DNA of 64,000 bases from contig JBDIWC010000007.1 of assembly GCA_039794085.1 (NCBI GenBank), positions 32,001-96,000 of the forward strand, given 5' to 3'. Positions 1-9,704 of the stretch are shown here, piece after piece. The number at the start of each line of letters is the position of its first letter. Positions within the stretch are counted from its first letter, which is position 1. The notes beneath the pieces are model-generated. The model worked only from the letters and a program-made list of their open reading frames with translations. It had not been told where the DNA came from and searched no databases. This DNA comes from Gemmatimonadales bacterium (lineage in GTDB: Bacteria; Gemmatimonadota; Gemmatimonadetes; Gemmatimonadales; GWC2-71-9). Position numbers and translations under genes: made by a program.

Positions 1-2
1 CG

Positions 3-431
3 CTGCTCGCCGGCACCTATGGCGGCCTGGTGGTCGCCCTCGACGACTTGCGTTTCCACGTCATCCAGAATGTCGTCGCCCAGGTGCTGATCGTGGTAAT
101 CGCCTTCGGGTTGGTCGCACCGTTGGGCATTCTGGGAGCGGGACTCGCCTTGCTCGCCGGACCCGTGTTCCTGCTGGGCGCGACCACAGCCTTCCTTCAC
201 CTCCGCCACGGCATCACGGTTCCTGCGCGCGTATTCCTGCTCATGGGGCTCCTGGTGGCGAGTGTGGTCGCGGCGGGCTTCGCCGGGGCATCGTGGCCGG
301 AGTTCACAGGGCCGGTGCTGGCCCTCAAGGCCGGCGTCTACCTGGTCGTCCTGGGGCTGTTTACCGCACTCCTGACCGCGGAGGAGCGGTCGCGCGTGCG
401 CCTTCTGTTGTCGAAGCCACCGATCCGATGA
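3..431 (+). CDS. 5'-truncated multi-TM protein, probably the C-terminus of a polysaccharide flippase
   Basis: Open from the window edge; hydrophobic helices with a 'LGILGAGLA' segment typical of Wzx C-termini; stop overlaps the next ATG (ATGA). Confidence 0.55.
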   Translation: MLAGTYGGLVVALDDLRFHVIQNVVAQVLIVVIAFGLVAPLGILGAGLALLAGPVFLLGATTAFLHLRHGITVPARVFLLMGLLVASVVAAGFAGASWPEFTGPVLALKAGVYLVVLGLFTALLTAEERSRVRLLLSKPPIR

Positions 432-1207
432 ACAGGTTCGGGCAGGGCCGGGGAAGAGAGCCCCGGCAGCGTGAGGAGGGCCCCCGGGAGGTGGTGTCCG
501 TGACACGCCGTGTCCGATTCTTTCTCTGGATCACGATCCACAAGTGGACCGGCATCGGGATGGGAGCGGTGGTAATTGTCTGGGTCCTCAGCACGTTCGC
601 GCTGCTCCTCGATTCCGAATCGTCCGCACCACCTCCCGCTGCCGAGCTGGTGTCCGCCCTGGTGATCTCGCCGGCGGAGGCCATTCGGCGCTCGGCGCTC
701 CCCGAGGACACCGCTGTGGTGACCGGCCTCTCCCTCCAGCCACTCGGTGACCGTATCGTCTGGCGGGTGCAACGCCGGGGACGGCCCGCGGTCCTGGTGA
801 ACGGGGCGACAGGCGATCCCGTCACCATGATGTCCGATCTGGCCGCGGTCGTGGCCCGGCGCGCGACTTCCGGAGAAGTGAATTCGGTGACTTTCCAGGA
901 GACCCATTCGGCCGACTACCCCGCGGGACGGATCCCGGTGTACCGGGTGGATCTGGCAGACGGCCGGTCCGTCTTCGTCTCCGCGAGTGACGGATCCGTG
1001 GTCGTGCGACACCGGGGATTCTGGTCCCGCACCCGGATCGGCGACCTGCACACCTTCGACCCGATGCGCCTCCTTCCTCGGGGCAACGAGATCCGGGTGG
1101 GATCGCTGCTCCTGACGGGCGGGATCTCCCTCCTGCTGTCGGTAACAGGATTTGTCCTCTGGTCTCTGCGGCTTCGTCCGTTCCGACGCCGGAGGTCCAT
1201 CCGATGA
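428..1207 (+). CDS. PepSY-associated TM / PepSY domain membrane protein
   Basis: N-terminal TM 'IHKWTGIG', two PepSY-like repeats (VLVNGATG; VYRVDLADG..VFVSASDG), 'DLHTF' before the C-terminal TM; ATGA coupling. Confidence 0.75.
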   Translation: MNRFGQGRGREPRQREEGPREVVSVTRRVRFFLWITIHKWTGIGMGAVVIVWVLSTFALLLDSESSAPPPAAELVSALVISPAEAIRRSALPEDTAVVTGLSLQPLGDRIVWRVQRRGRPAVLVNGATGDPVTMMSDLAAVVARRATSGEVNSVTFQETHSADYPAGRIPVYRVDLADGRSVFVSASDGSVVVRHRGFWSRTRIGDLHTFDPMRLLPRGNEIRVGSLLLTGGISLLLSVTGFVLWSLRLRPFRRRRSIR

Positions 1208-1923
1208 CCTACCGGGCATGGTTTCAGGTGCACCGCTGGATCAGCGTGGGTCTCGGTCTGCTGCTCGTGTTCTGGCTGGCCAGCGGCATGGTCATGGTCC
1301 TGCCGATGCCCGGACTCTTCTACCGTGGACCGGGAACCTCGGGCGTGACTCCCCCCTTCGACGACTATGGGATGGCCCCGGCGACCGCGGCCGACGGCGC
1401 CGGGACGATCACCGGAGAGAGTCCGGTGGGCATCACCTGGGAGCGTCTGCGGGATGGGATGGTGTACGTGGTGCGCTTTGCGGGGCATTCCCCCGTGGTG
1501 CTGGATGCAGCCACCGGAGAGCGCGTGCATCTGACGCCCGAGCTCGCCGAAGCCATTGCCCGTGATGTGCTGGGTCCGGAGGTACTACTCCGACGGATCG
1601 ACACCGTGACTCGCCAACACACGGCGTACGCCTACGGCGAGCTGCCGGCCTGGCGGCTCCAGTTTGGCGATCGGAAGGGCACAGTGGCCTACGTGAGTCA
1701 GGCCACCGGGGCGCTGCATTTCACGACCCGGGACAGCCGGTTCAAGACGTGGGCAGCCGAGTGGCATCTGGGCCGTCCCCTCACCTATGATGGCGCGCCG
1801 GAGTTCTGGCGTCAGCTTGCTCTCTGGAGCACCGGGCTCATCACTCTGGCCGGACTTGTGGCGGGAGTCGTTCTGGTGCTTCCCCGGCGCTGGTTGGGTG
1901 AGCGGCCCCGGGCCTTGGATTGA
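1204..1923 (+). CDS. PepSY-associated TM / PepSY domain membrane protein (paralog of the previous gene)
   Basis: 'VHRWISVG..FWLASG', 'VVLDAATGE', 'AYVSQATG', 'EWHLG' and a C-terminal TM. Confidence 0.8.
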   Translation: MTYRAWFQVHRWISVGLGLLLVFWLASGMVMVLPMPGLFYRGPGTSGVTPPFDDYGMAPATAADGAGTITGESPVGITWERLRDGMVYVVRFAGHSPVVLDAATGERVHLTPELAEAIARDVLGPEVLLRRIDTVTRQHTAYAYGELPAWRLQFGDRKGTVAYVSQATGALHFTTRDSRFKTWAAEWHLGRPLTYDGAPEFWRQLALWSTGLITLAGLVAGVVLVLPRRWLGERPRALD

Positions 1924-3056
1924 CGGGGCAGATCAGTTTTGCTCCCCGGACGAGCGATCGACGTCTCAGCGCGCAGCTCCGAACGAATGGGGCGCAGGGC
2001 ATGACACTTGCGTCTCGACAGTCTTTCACTCGCAGGCCAATCGCCATGGTTCCGCCACTCGCCCAGTCGCATGTCTGCGTGGTTTGTCACGGACCACTCA
2101 CCCCCCTCCGCCGGTATCGTCGCGACGGTGGACGGGGCCGCGCCCTGTTCGGTGGAGCCCATGTGAGCCGGTGTGCCGAGTGCCTGCTGGTCCAGGTCAC
2201 CCCGCTGCCAAGTGCCGACCAACTCGAGGCCTATTACGCGCAGACCTATCGCTCCGGCGGTCGTCATGGGGCTGACGAGGCGGATCTTTCAACCTTTCCC
2301 CGCGACAACCTCTTCTTCTATCATCGCGGCCAATCGGTGGTGGACCTGGTGTCCTCCCACCTGCGGCCCCCCCCGAACCGCCCCCTCCGGGTGCTCGATG
2401 CGGGGGCCGGCTTCGGGCACACGCTGGAGGCCGTGGCCGAGCGATACCCCACCGCCACGCGAGAGGCCGTGGAAATTTCCGGAGTCTGCATCGAACACCT
2501 GCGCGCCCACGGCGTCGAGGTGCACCCCCGGCCCATCGAAGACTGGGCCGCTGACGAGTGCGCAGCCGAGGGAAGCGGGATTCGCTACGATCTCATCATT
2601 CTGTCGCATGTCCTGGAACATGTCCGCGATCCCCACCGGGTGCTGACGCTCCTCGGTTCCCGGCTCCGGGCCGGCGGGCTGCTCTTTGTCGAGGTTCCGC
2701 ATGTGCCTCTGGAGACGCTGGAGAAATACCCCGACCATCCCTGGGCCCCGCGCTGGGACGAGCCGCACCTCACGTTCTTTTCCCGATCCTCGCTGACCTA
2801 CCTCATCCGCGTGACCGGATTCGACCCCGTGCACCTCGGGGCGGCGGGACCTGCCTATCGTTTCGTTTCTGCGCTCCGATTCCACACCCCTTCCCTGCGC
2901 ACCGTCGCCCTGCGCGCCCTGCCGGCGCCCCTGGTTCGCTTTCTTCGGCGTCGGATGGTGACCCGCCCCCTCCAGACCTTCGCCGCGCGAGAGCCCTTCG
3001 ACCGCCAGGCCCCCGACGGCATCTGGTTGCGGGCCCTCCTGCGGAGCCCCTCGTGA
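1920..3056 (+). CDS. Class I SAM-dependent methyltransferase with N-terminal CxxC..CxxC (start uncertain, may be 2000 or 2046)
   Basis: VLDAGAGFG motif I; YDLIILSHVLEHV; GGLLFVEVP; CVVC..CAEC. Confidence 0.85.
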   Translation: MTGQISFAPRTSDRRLSAQLRTNGAQGMTLASRQSFTRRPIAMVPPLAQSHVCVVCHGPLTPLRRYRRDGGRGRALFGGAHVSRCAECLLVQVTPLPSADQLEAYYAQTYRSGGRHGADEADLSTFPRDNLFFYHRGQSVVDLVSSHLRPPPNRPLRVLDAGAGFGHTLEAVAERYPTATREAVEISGVCIEHLRAHGVEVHPRPIEDWAADECAAEGSGIRYDLIILSHVLEHVRDPHRVLTLLGSRLRAGGLLFVEVPHVPLETLEKYPDHPWAPRWDEPHLTFFSRSSLTYLIRVTGFDPVHLGAAGPAYRFVSALRFHTPSLRTVALRALPAPLVRFLRRRMVTRPLQTFAAREPFDRQAPDGIWLRALLRSPS

Positions 3057-4714
3057 CCCGTTTCCTGACGTCCCGAAGGGACATCCTCCCGATGGTGCTG
3101 GTGGGCGCCGGAGCTCTTCTTCCGCCCGCGGCCCTGGCCTCCTGGCTCCGCGGCGGGGAATCGCTCCCGTCACCCACCGTGGTCCTGGGCCTGTGGCTCT
3201 TCAAGGGACTCCTGATTCTGCACGGGGTGGCGGGGCTCGTCCTTCCCCGCCTGCTGCCTCACCCGTCGGCTCGGGAGGAGGCCGAGGGGGCCGTGCCCTG
3301 GCGCTGGCTTCTCGCCCTGGTTCTCGGGGGTGTCGCGCTGCGCCTTCCGGGACTCGGAGCCGGCCTCTGGTATGACGAGATCCAGACCCTGGTGCAATAT
3401 GTCCGCCAGCCGATGGGGATGCTCGTCACCACGTTCGACAGCACCAATCAGCACCTCCTCTATTCGGTGCTGGCCCGGATCTCCATTCTGGTCGGGGGAG
3501 AATCCGCGACCACCCTCCGACTGCCGGCCGTGCTCCTCGGGGCGGCGAGCCTGGCCGCCCTCGTGGTGTGGGGCCGGCGATGGCTCCCCCCGCGCGAGGG
3601 GTGGCTCGCGGCGATTCTCCTGCTCGTGTCCTACCACCACGTCTGGTTTTCCCAGAATGCGCGGGGATACACCGGTCTTCTGCTGGGCACCCTGGTCGGA
3701 ACCACCGTGTTTCTCGACCTCCTGCGTCGACCCCCCACTCCCCGGCTGGTCTGGACCTACGCCCTTATCATGGCTCTCAGCGTCCTGACCCATGTGACGG
3801 CCCTGGTCGTGGTGGCGGCCCATGCGGCCGTATGGCTCTGGCAGATCCGGACGCTGGAGCGGGGCTCCCACCGGTGGGGACCCTTCGCAGCCCTCGCCCT
3901 CTCCGGAAGCCTGGCACTGCTCTTCTACAGCCCCGTGCTCCCCCAGCTCGTGGCTGCGCTCACCACGCCGAATCCCGATCCCGTGGCGCCGCAGTGGAAA
4001 GAGGCCGGCTGGTTCGTGCGCGAAGCCATCGAAACCCTGGTGCGGGGCGTTCCGGCGGGTGTCCTGGTGGTGCCGGTCGGACTGGGCATCGGCGTCGCCG
4101 GCGTGGTGAGTTCCTGGCGACACGACCGGGTGGTTACCGCTCTTATGCTCCTGCCGATGGTGGGAATGGCGGCCCTCCTCACAGTGGCGGGGCACAACCT
4201 CTGGCCTCGGTTCTTCTTTTTCGGGGCGGGATTCGCCGTGCTCCTGGGGGTGCGAGGAACCTTCGCAACCCTCGCAGCGCTCCTTCCCGGGGCGGGCCCC
4301 CGGCTGGGTCAGACCCTCCTGGTCGGAGCGGCCCTGGCGAGCGCAACCCTGCTGCCCCGGGCCTGGGCTCCGAAACAGGACTATGTCAGGGCCGCCGCCT
4401 GGATCGCCGAGAATCGCGCGGCGGGCGATGTCGTGGCGGTGACCGACATGACCTGGCTTCCCCTCACCCAATGGCTCGGCCGCGAATGGCCCCGCGTGGA
4501 CGAGGCCGACGCCCTCCGGATCCTGGAGACCGATTCGGCCGCCACCTGGGTGCTCACCGCCTTCCCGATCCGGCTCGCCGCGGTGGCCCCCTCCCTGGGG
4601 GCCTATCTTGCAGACCGTTATACCGCCGCGACGGTGATTCCCGGAACGGTCGGGGGTGGCGCGATCACCATTCATGTCCTTCGCCCTCCCACTCGTGAGC
4701 CAGCCCATGATTGA
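3053..4714 (+). CDS. GT-C fold membrane glycosyltransferase (GT39/ArnT-like)
   Basis: 'GLWYDE' after the first TMs, 'LRLPAVLLG', 'FSQNARGY', many TMs; GTG overlaps the upstream TGA. Confidence 0.8.
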   Translation: MTRFLTSRRDILPMVLVGAGALLPPAALASWLRGGESLPSPTVVLGLWLFKGLLILHGVAGLVLPRLLPHPSAREEAEGAVPWRWLLALVLGGVALRLPGLGAGLWYDEIQTLVQYVRQPMGMLVTTFDSTNQHLLYSVLARISILVGGESATTLRLPAVLLGAASLAALVVWGRRWLPPREGWLAAILLLVSYHHVWFSQNARGYTGLLLGTLVGTTVFLDLLRRPPTPRLVWTYALIMALSVLTHVTALVVVAAHAAVWLWQIRTLERGSHRWGPFAALALSGSLALLFYSPVLPQLVAALTTPNPDPVAPQWKEAGWFVREAIETLVRGVPAGVLVVPVGLGIGVAGVVSSWRHDRVVTALMLLPMVGMAALLTVAGHNLWPRFFFFGAGFAVLLGVRGTFATLAALLPGAGPRLGQTLLVGAALASATLLPRAWAPKQDYVRAAAWIAENRAAGDVVAVTDMTWLPLTQWLGREWPRVDEADALRILETDSAATWVLTAFPIRLAAVAPSLGAYLADRYTAATVIPGTVGGGAITIHVLRPPTREPAHD

Positions 4715-5603
4715 AGCCCTGGTGGAAACCCTCGCACCGCGGCCCGCACCCACGGCGGTGTCGGTCGTGGTCCCCGCCTACAACGAGGCGGCTCACATCG
4801 CCGCGGAGATGCGGACGCTGGCCGCGGCGATGGAGAAAACAGGCTGGGACTGGGAAATTGTCGTCGTCGACGACGGATCCACCGATGGGACCGCCCAGGC
4901 GGCCGCGGCGGCTGGGGTGCGGGTTCTGCGGAGAGAACAGAACCGGGGGTACGGCGCCGCCCTCAAGGCGGGAGTGCGCGCGGCAGCGCATCCCTGGATC
5001 CTCATCACCGACGCGGATGGAACCTATCCGGTCGAGGCGATTCCGGCGCTCCTCGCCGCGGCGGACACGAGCGACATGGTGGTGGGCGCCCGGACCGGAA
5101 CCACGGTCCGGATCCCTCTGGTTCGGCGACCGGCCAAGGCCTTTCTCCGGTGGCTCGCGAGCTATCTCGCGGGACGTCCCCTCCCGGACATCAACTCCGG
5201 GATGCGGCTGATGCACCGCGCGCTTATCGAGCGATACCTCCACCTTCTTCCGGACGGCTTCTCGTTCACGACGACCATCACCCTCTCGGCGGCCTGCAAC
5301 CATCACCCGGTCACCTGGCACCCGATCGATTACCGGGCCCGGCTCGGCTCGAGCAAGATCCGGCCCCGCCATGCCTTCGACTTCACCCTCCTCATCCTCC
5401 GGGTGATCGTGGTGTTCAATCCGCTCCGCGTCTTTCTGCCTCTCGGGACACTCCTGGCGGTGGGGGGCCTGGCGAAGTTCGCCTACGACATCACGCGGGG
5501 CAATCTCTCCGAAAGCGCGGTTCTGGGAATCCTCGGGGCCCTGATCGTCTGGGCCATCGGGCTGCTGGCCGATCAGAGCGCGCGGGCGATGATGCGGCCA
5601 TGA
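4707..5603 (+). CDS. GT2 glycosyltransferase, polyprenol-phosphate glycosyltransferase (DPM1-like) with C-terminal TMs
   Basis: SVVVPAYNE, VVDDGSTD, NRGYG, TDADGTY, DINSG, two C-terminal TMs. Confidence 0.9.
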   Translation: MIEALVETLAPRPAPTAVSVVVPAYNEAAHIAAEMRTLAAAMEKTGWDWEIVVVDDGSTDGTAQAAAAAGVRVLRREQNRGYGAALKAGVRAAAHPWILITDADGTYPVEAIPALLAAADTSDMVVGARTGTTVRIPLVRRPAKAFLRWLASYLAGRPLPDINSGMRLMHRALIERYLHLLPDGFSFTTTITLSAACNHHPVTWHPIDYRARLGSSKIRPRHAFDFTLLILRVIVVFNPLRVFLPLGTLLAVGGLAKFAYDITRGNLSESAVLGILGALIVWAIGLLADQSARAMMRP

Positions 5604-6577
5604 GACTCTGGGTGCGCATTGCCATCAGTGTCACCCTGCTCGGGGTGATCCTGTGGCTCCTTCCCTGGCCGATGGTGCTGAGCGCCGTGGCGCGCCTGTC
5701 GCCGTGGCACTGGGGCGGAGTGGTGCTCGGCTTCCTCGCGGGCCATGCCGCCGGCGTGTTCAAGTGGCGGGCCTTCGTGCAGGCGGGACGGGTGACGTTC
5801 GCGATTCGCGACGCCGTGCGCTGCTACACCGCGGGACTGTTCGCCAACCTCTGCCTCCCGAGCATCGTCGGGGGAGATCTGCTGCGCCTGGTCATGGCGG
5901 GCCGCGCCACGGGACGCCCGGAGGCGGCGGTTCTTGGCGGCGTGATGGACCGGCTGACCGACACGACCGCGTTGGCCCTGCTGGCCGGAGCGGGAGCCGC
6001 GATGGCGGGGTCGACCCATGGGAGCGCCCTGGTGCGGACCGTCAGTCTCGCCCTTCTCGTCGGACTGGGTGGTGGTGTCCTGGTGATCGCGATCGCGGGA
6101 TCCCGACCCCTGGCCCGCTGGCCCGCGCGCCTCCGACGCCCGGTGGGGAGGGCTCTGGTGGGAGTGCGGCACCTGGGGCGCAGCCCCGGGCTCGCCCTGC
6201 GGGGGCTGGTGCTTTCCCTGCTCATCCAGAGCGGCTTCGTGATGCTCAACGCGGGGCTGGGACGGGCGATCGGCATCGAGGTGGCACTGGGCGCCTGGTT
6301 TCTGGCCTGGCCGCTCGCCAAGGTGGTGAGCCTGGTCCCCATCAGCCTGGGCGGACTGGCCGTACGGGAGGCGAGCATGGCCGGGTTCCTGGCGCCCTTC
6401 GGCGTTCCGCTGGCCCTCGGAGTCACGGTGTCCCTCCTCTGGCAAAGCGTCCTGATCGTCGGCGGGCTCGTGGGGGGCGGGGTGTGGCTTCTCCTCTCAC
6501 GCGGTGTTGCGCCTGCTCTCCGCCCCGGATGCACACCGGCGGGTGAGGTGCTCACGACGGGACGCTCCCATGGATAA
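5600..6577 (+). CDS. Lysylphosphatidylglycerol-synthase TM-domain (flippase-like) protein
   Basis: 'FANLCLPSIVGGDLLR', 'VMDRL', 'VPISLGGLAVREA'. Confidence 0.85.
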   Translation: MRLWVRIAISVTLLGVILWLLPWPMVLSAVARLSPWHWGGVVLGFLAGHAAGVFKWRAFVQAGRVTFAIRDAVRCYTAGLFANLCLPSIVGGDLLRLVMAGRATGRPEAAVLGGVMDRLTDTTALALLAGAGAAMAGSTHGSALVRTVSLALLVGLGGGVLVIAIAGSRPLARWPARLRRPVGRALVGVRHLGRSPGLALRGLVLSLLIQSGFVMLNAGLGRAIGIEVALGAWFLAWPLAKVVSLVPISLGGLAVREASMAGFLAPFGVPLALGVTVSLLWQSVLIVGGLVGGGVWLLLSRGVAPALRPGCTPAGEVLTTGRSHG

Positions 6578-8000
6578 ACCGCACCTGATCATTCTCGGCG
6601 CGGGTCCCGCCGGACTGGGGGCCGCCTGGCGGCTGCGGCAGGAGGGGAAGGCGCGGGTCACTGTCCTGGAGCAGGGCACTGGCGTCGGGGGAAACGCGGG
6701 GAGCTTTCGCTGGAATGACCATTGGCTCGACCACGGGAGCCACCGTCTCCATCCGGCCACTGCTCCCCGGATTCTCGCCGACATCCGATCGCTGCTCGGA
6801 CCCGATCTCCTCACCCGCCCGCGTCACGGACGGATCCGGCTCCGAGGAAAGTGGGTTCACTTTCCGCTCCACCCGATGGATCTCCTCCTCCGCCTCGACA
6901 AGGGCTTTGCCGCCGGGGTCCTGCGGGACCGCCTGCGTCCGGCCCAGATCCGGGGGACGGGAGAGGAGAGTTTTGCCTCGGTGCTCCGGGCCAGCCTCGG
7001 CCCCACCATCTGCGATTCGTTCTACTTCCCCTATGCCCGGAAGATCTGGGGCGCCGATCCCGAGGCGCTCTCAGCGATCCAGGCCCGGCGACGGGTCGCG
7101 GCCGGCAGTTTCGCCAAGTTGCTGCGCAAGGTGCTCAACGCAGTGCCCGGCTTCCGGCCCCCGCTGGCGGGAACCTTCTTCTATCCCGCCCGCGGGTTCG
7201 GCCAGGTGTCCGAGGCCTATGCCGAGGCGGCCGTGCGCGGCGGAGCCGAGTTGCACCTGGGATGCCGGGTGACGGGCCTCGAGGTCCCCCCGTCCGAGGG
7301 GGATCCGTGGAGAGTGCATGCGGAGCAGGGGTCGGAGCCGACCGTGTTCGAGGGAGACCATGTCTGGTCCACGCTGCCGATCCCTCTCCTGGCGCGGATG
7401 ATCGGGGCGCAGGGCGGGCATGTCCCGGGCGCGGTTCATGCAGCGGTGGACCGGATCCGGTATCGGTCGATGGTGCTGGTCTACCTTGAGCTGGACCAGG
7501 ACCGGTTCACCGAGTTCGACGCCCACTACTTTCCCGACGCCTCGGTCCGGATCACCCGGCTCTCCGAAACCAAGAACTATGCGGCCCGGACGGAGCCCGC
7601 GGGCCGGACGGCCCTCTGCGCGGAGCTCCCCACCGGGCCCGACGAGGCGGCCTGGTCGCTCTCCGATGGTGACCTCGCGGCACTCGTGGCGGACGATCTG
7701 GCCCGGAGCGGCATCCCCCTCTCGCGTCCTCCCGTGGCCGTGACCGTGCGGCGTCTCCGCCAGGCCTATCCGATCTATGACCGGGGCTATGAGATTCCGT
7801 TTGGCGTGGTGGACCAGTGGGTTGGCACCCTTCCCCGGTTTCTCACCTACGGACGACAGGGGCTCTTTGCGCATGACAACACCCACCACGCCCTCGCCAT
7901 GGCCTATGCCGCCGCCGAGTGTTTCGGGCCCTCCGGCATCGACCGGGACCGGTGGGACACCTTTCGACAGGAGTTCGCGACCCATGTCGTGGAAGACTGA
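6570..8000 (+). CDS. FAD-dependent oxidoreductase (HemY / UDP-galactopyranose mutase-like superfamily)
   Basis: LGAGPAGL Rossmann motif, GGNAGS, DHGSHRL, AYPIY, GRQGLF. Confidence 0.85.
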   Translation: MDKPHLIILGAGPAGLGAAWRLRQEGKARVTVLEQGTGVGGNAGSFRWNDHWLDHGSHRLHPATAPRILADIRSLLGPDLLTRPRHGRIRLRGKWVHFPLHPMDLLLRLDKGFAAGVLRDRLRPAQIRGTGEESFASVLRASLGPTICDSFYFPYARKIWGADPEALSAIQARRRVAAGSFAKLLRKVLNAVPGFRPPLAGTFFYPARGFGQVSEAYAEAAVRGGAELHLGCRVTGLEVPPSEGDPWRVHAEQGSEPTVFEGDHVWSTLPIPLLARMIGAQGGHVPGAVHAAVDRIRYRSMVLVYLELDQDRFTEFDAHYFPDASVRITRLSETKNYAARTEPAGRTALCAELPTGPDEAAWSLSDGDLAALVADDLARSGIPLSRPPVAVTVRRLRQAYPIYDRGYEIPFGVVDQWVGTLPRFLTYGRQGLFAHDNTHHALAMAYAAAECFGPSGIDRDRWDTFRQEFATHVVED

Positions 8001-8021
8001 CCGAAGCCCCCGGGAGGCGGA

Positions 8022-9566
8022 ATGACATCCGACCGGCTGCCACCGCACTGGAGGATCCGCCTCTTCCTGACCTGCTGGGTGATCTATGTGGCCCACTTCG
8101 CCACGGATGTGGTCCGCGAACACTACCTGGTCATGAGCATGGTGGAAAACCAGACCTTCGCGCTCGATCCGTACTATGGGCTGCACGTGGACATTTTCCA
8201 GAACCCCCCGGAGGCGAAGGTGCAGGGAGCGCACCACGGGGCCAATCCCGGCATCTCGATGATCGCCGCCCTCCCCTACGCGGCCCTGCGCCCGCTGGTG
8301 GATGTCGTAGTGGCACGCGAACTGGCCAGTCGCCCTCCGGCAGACACCGTGATCTATCGGGACAACCGTCCCCGCCGGGTGGCCTTCTACGGGGAAATCC
8401 GTGAGCGCGGGCTGGATATCCGGTTCGGGCTCGTCTCGGCGATCACGCAGGTGTTCACCATGGCCCCCCTGACCGCCGCGATGGTGGTCGCCATGGCTGA
8501 CATCCTCCTGATTCTCGGAGTCACCGCTCCCCTGGTTCTCACCGGAGCCCTCCTCTTCGCCTTTGGCACTCCGGTCTTTTTCCGGGCAGCCTACCTGAAC
8601 CAGAACCTGGCCATCGCCGTTCTCGCCTTCGCGGCATTCCTGCTGTTGTGGAATCCGGGCCGCCGGGTCCGATGGGGACCGACCGGCCGAGTGGTGGTGG
8701 CCGGGTTTCTCGGCGGGCTCTGCCTGCTCAACGACTACAGCGGCGGACTCGCCCTGGCCCTCCTGGGTGCCTACGCGTGCTGGACCCGCTTCACCACCGC
8801 CTCGTTCCCTGCGGCGATCCGGACCGGCCTCTGGTACACCCTGGGCGCCCTCGGACCGATTCTGGCGCTCTGGTACTATCAGTGGGCAAGCTTCGGCCAT
8901 CCCCTCTACCCGCCCCAACACTGGATGGCACCGGTGGAATGGATCGAGGTGGGATATCAGGGGGTCGGGGGGTTCGTGCCTGACCTGTTCTTCCAGCTCC
9001 TGATCGACCCGCGATTCGGCCTCTTCGTGGTCGCCCCCGCTCTGGTCCTGGCCCTGGCCGCTCCCTTCCTGCGGCGGTTTCCGATGCCCCGGACCGAGCT
9101 GCTGTTCTGTCTCTCGATGGCGCTGGCCTTCGTGCTCTTCTTCAGCACCGTCCAGTACACGCGCCTCCAATGGGTCACCGGATTCCGGTACCTCGCCCCC
9201 ATCGTCCCCTTCCTCTTTCTCCCCGCCTTCCTGGTCGGGATGCGCCTGCCGCGACTCGTCGCCATTGCCCTGGGGATCGGCTCGCTGGGCCTGACCTGGG
9301 CTCTGGCCATGGTGCGGGATCAGGGGACGGTTTTCCGGAATCTCATGCGCCTGGTCGTGGAGGGGTTCCAGTTGCCCTGGCTCACCACCCTCGGAAAGCT
9401 CGCGGCGCAATATTCCCCCTGGTTGGAGGGACGCCCCTCCCCGTGGCCGGCGTTCGCCCTCACCTCCGTCGTGGTGGCCGCGATCTGGATGATCCGATCC
9501 CCATGGACCCCGGTGACTTCCGACCCGGCTGGTACCGAAATTGCCACCCCACCCCGGCTGGAGTAG
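8022..9566 (+). CDS. Multi-TM membrane protein, probable GT-C fold transferase
   Basis: About 11 TMs with a large first loop; 'RFGLFVVAP', 'GFRYLAPIVPF'; GGAGG RBS. Confidence 0.55.
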   Translation: MTSDRLPPHWRIRLFLTCWVIYVAHFATDVVREHYLVMSMVENQTFALDPYYGLHVDIFQNPPEAKVQGAHHGANPGISMIAALPYAALRPLVDVVVARELASRPPADTVIYRDNRPRRVAFYGEIRERGLDIRFGLVSAITQVFTMAPLTAAMVVAMADILLILGVTAPLVLTGALLFAFGTPVFFRAAYLNQNLAIAVLAFAAFLLLWNPGRRVRWGPTGRVVVAGFLGGLCLLNDYSGGLALALLGAYACWTRFTTASFPAAIRTGLWYTLGALGPILALWYYQWASFGHPLYPPQHWMAPVEWIEVGYQGVGGFVPDLFFQLLIDPRFGLFVVAPALVLALAAPFLRRFPMPRTELLFCLSMALAFVLFFSTVQYTRLQWVTGFRYLAPIVPFLFLPAFLVGMRLPRLVAIALGIGSLGLTWALAMVRDQGTVFRNLMRLVVEGFQLPWLTTLGKLAAQYSPWLEGRPSPWPAFALTSVVVAAIWMIRSPWTPVTSDPAGTEIATPPRLE

Positions 9567-9657
9567 GCACCTCACAGCCGGGAGGATCGGAGGGCATCCG
9601 CAGTAGTGGCTGTTCGATCTTGCCGGGTCGGGTGTCATCACTCCACGTCCATCCACT

Positions 9658-9673
9658 GTTGCGTTTATGCAAC
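9658..9673. promoter_or_regulatory. Palindrome GTTGC-N6-GCAAC (putative transcription-factor site)
   Basis: GTTGCGTTTATGCAAC, intergenic, 31 bp upstream of ATG 9705; the motif recurs at 31547 and 55333. Confidence 0.55.
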
Positions 9674-9704
9674 TATTGCATCAGCACAACACCACAGGAG
9701 CTTC

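Noticed and set aside
7071..9656. Long antisense ORFs (also 10411-12858, 12641-15142, 15157-17742, 22185-25292, 35587-37404)
   Set aside because: Shadow ORFs typical of high-GC DNA, opposite genes with clear family motifs, and with no motifs of their own.
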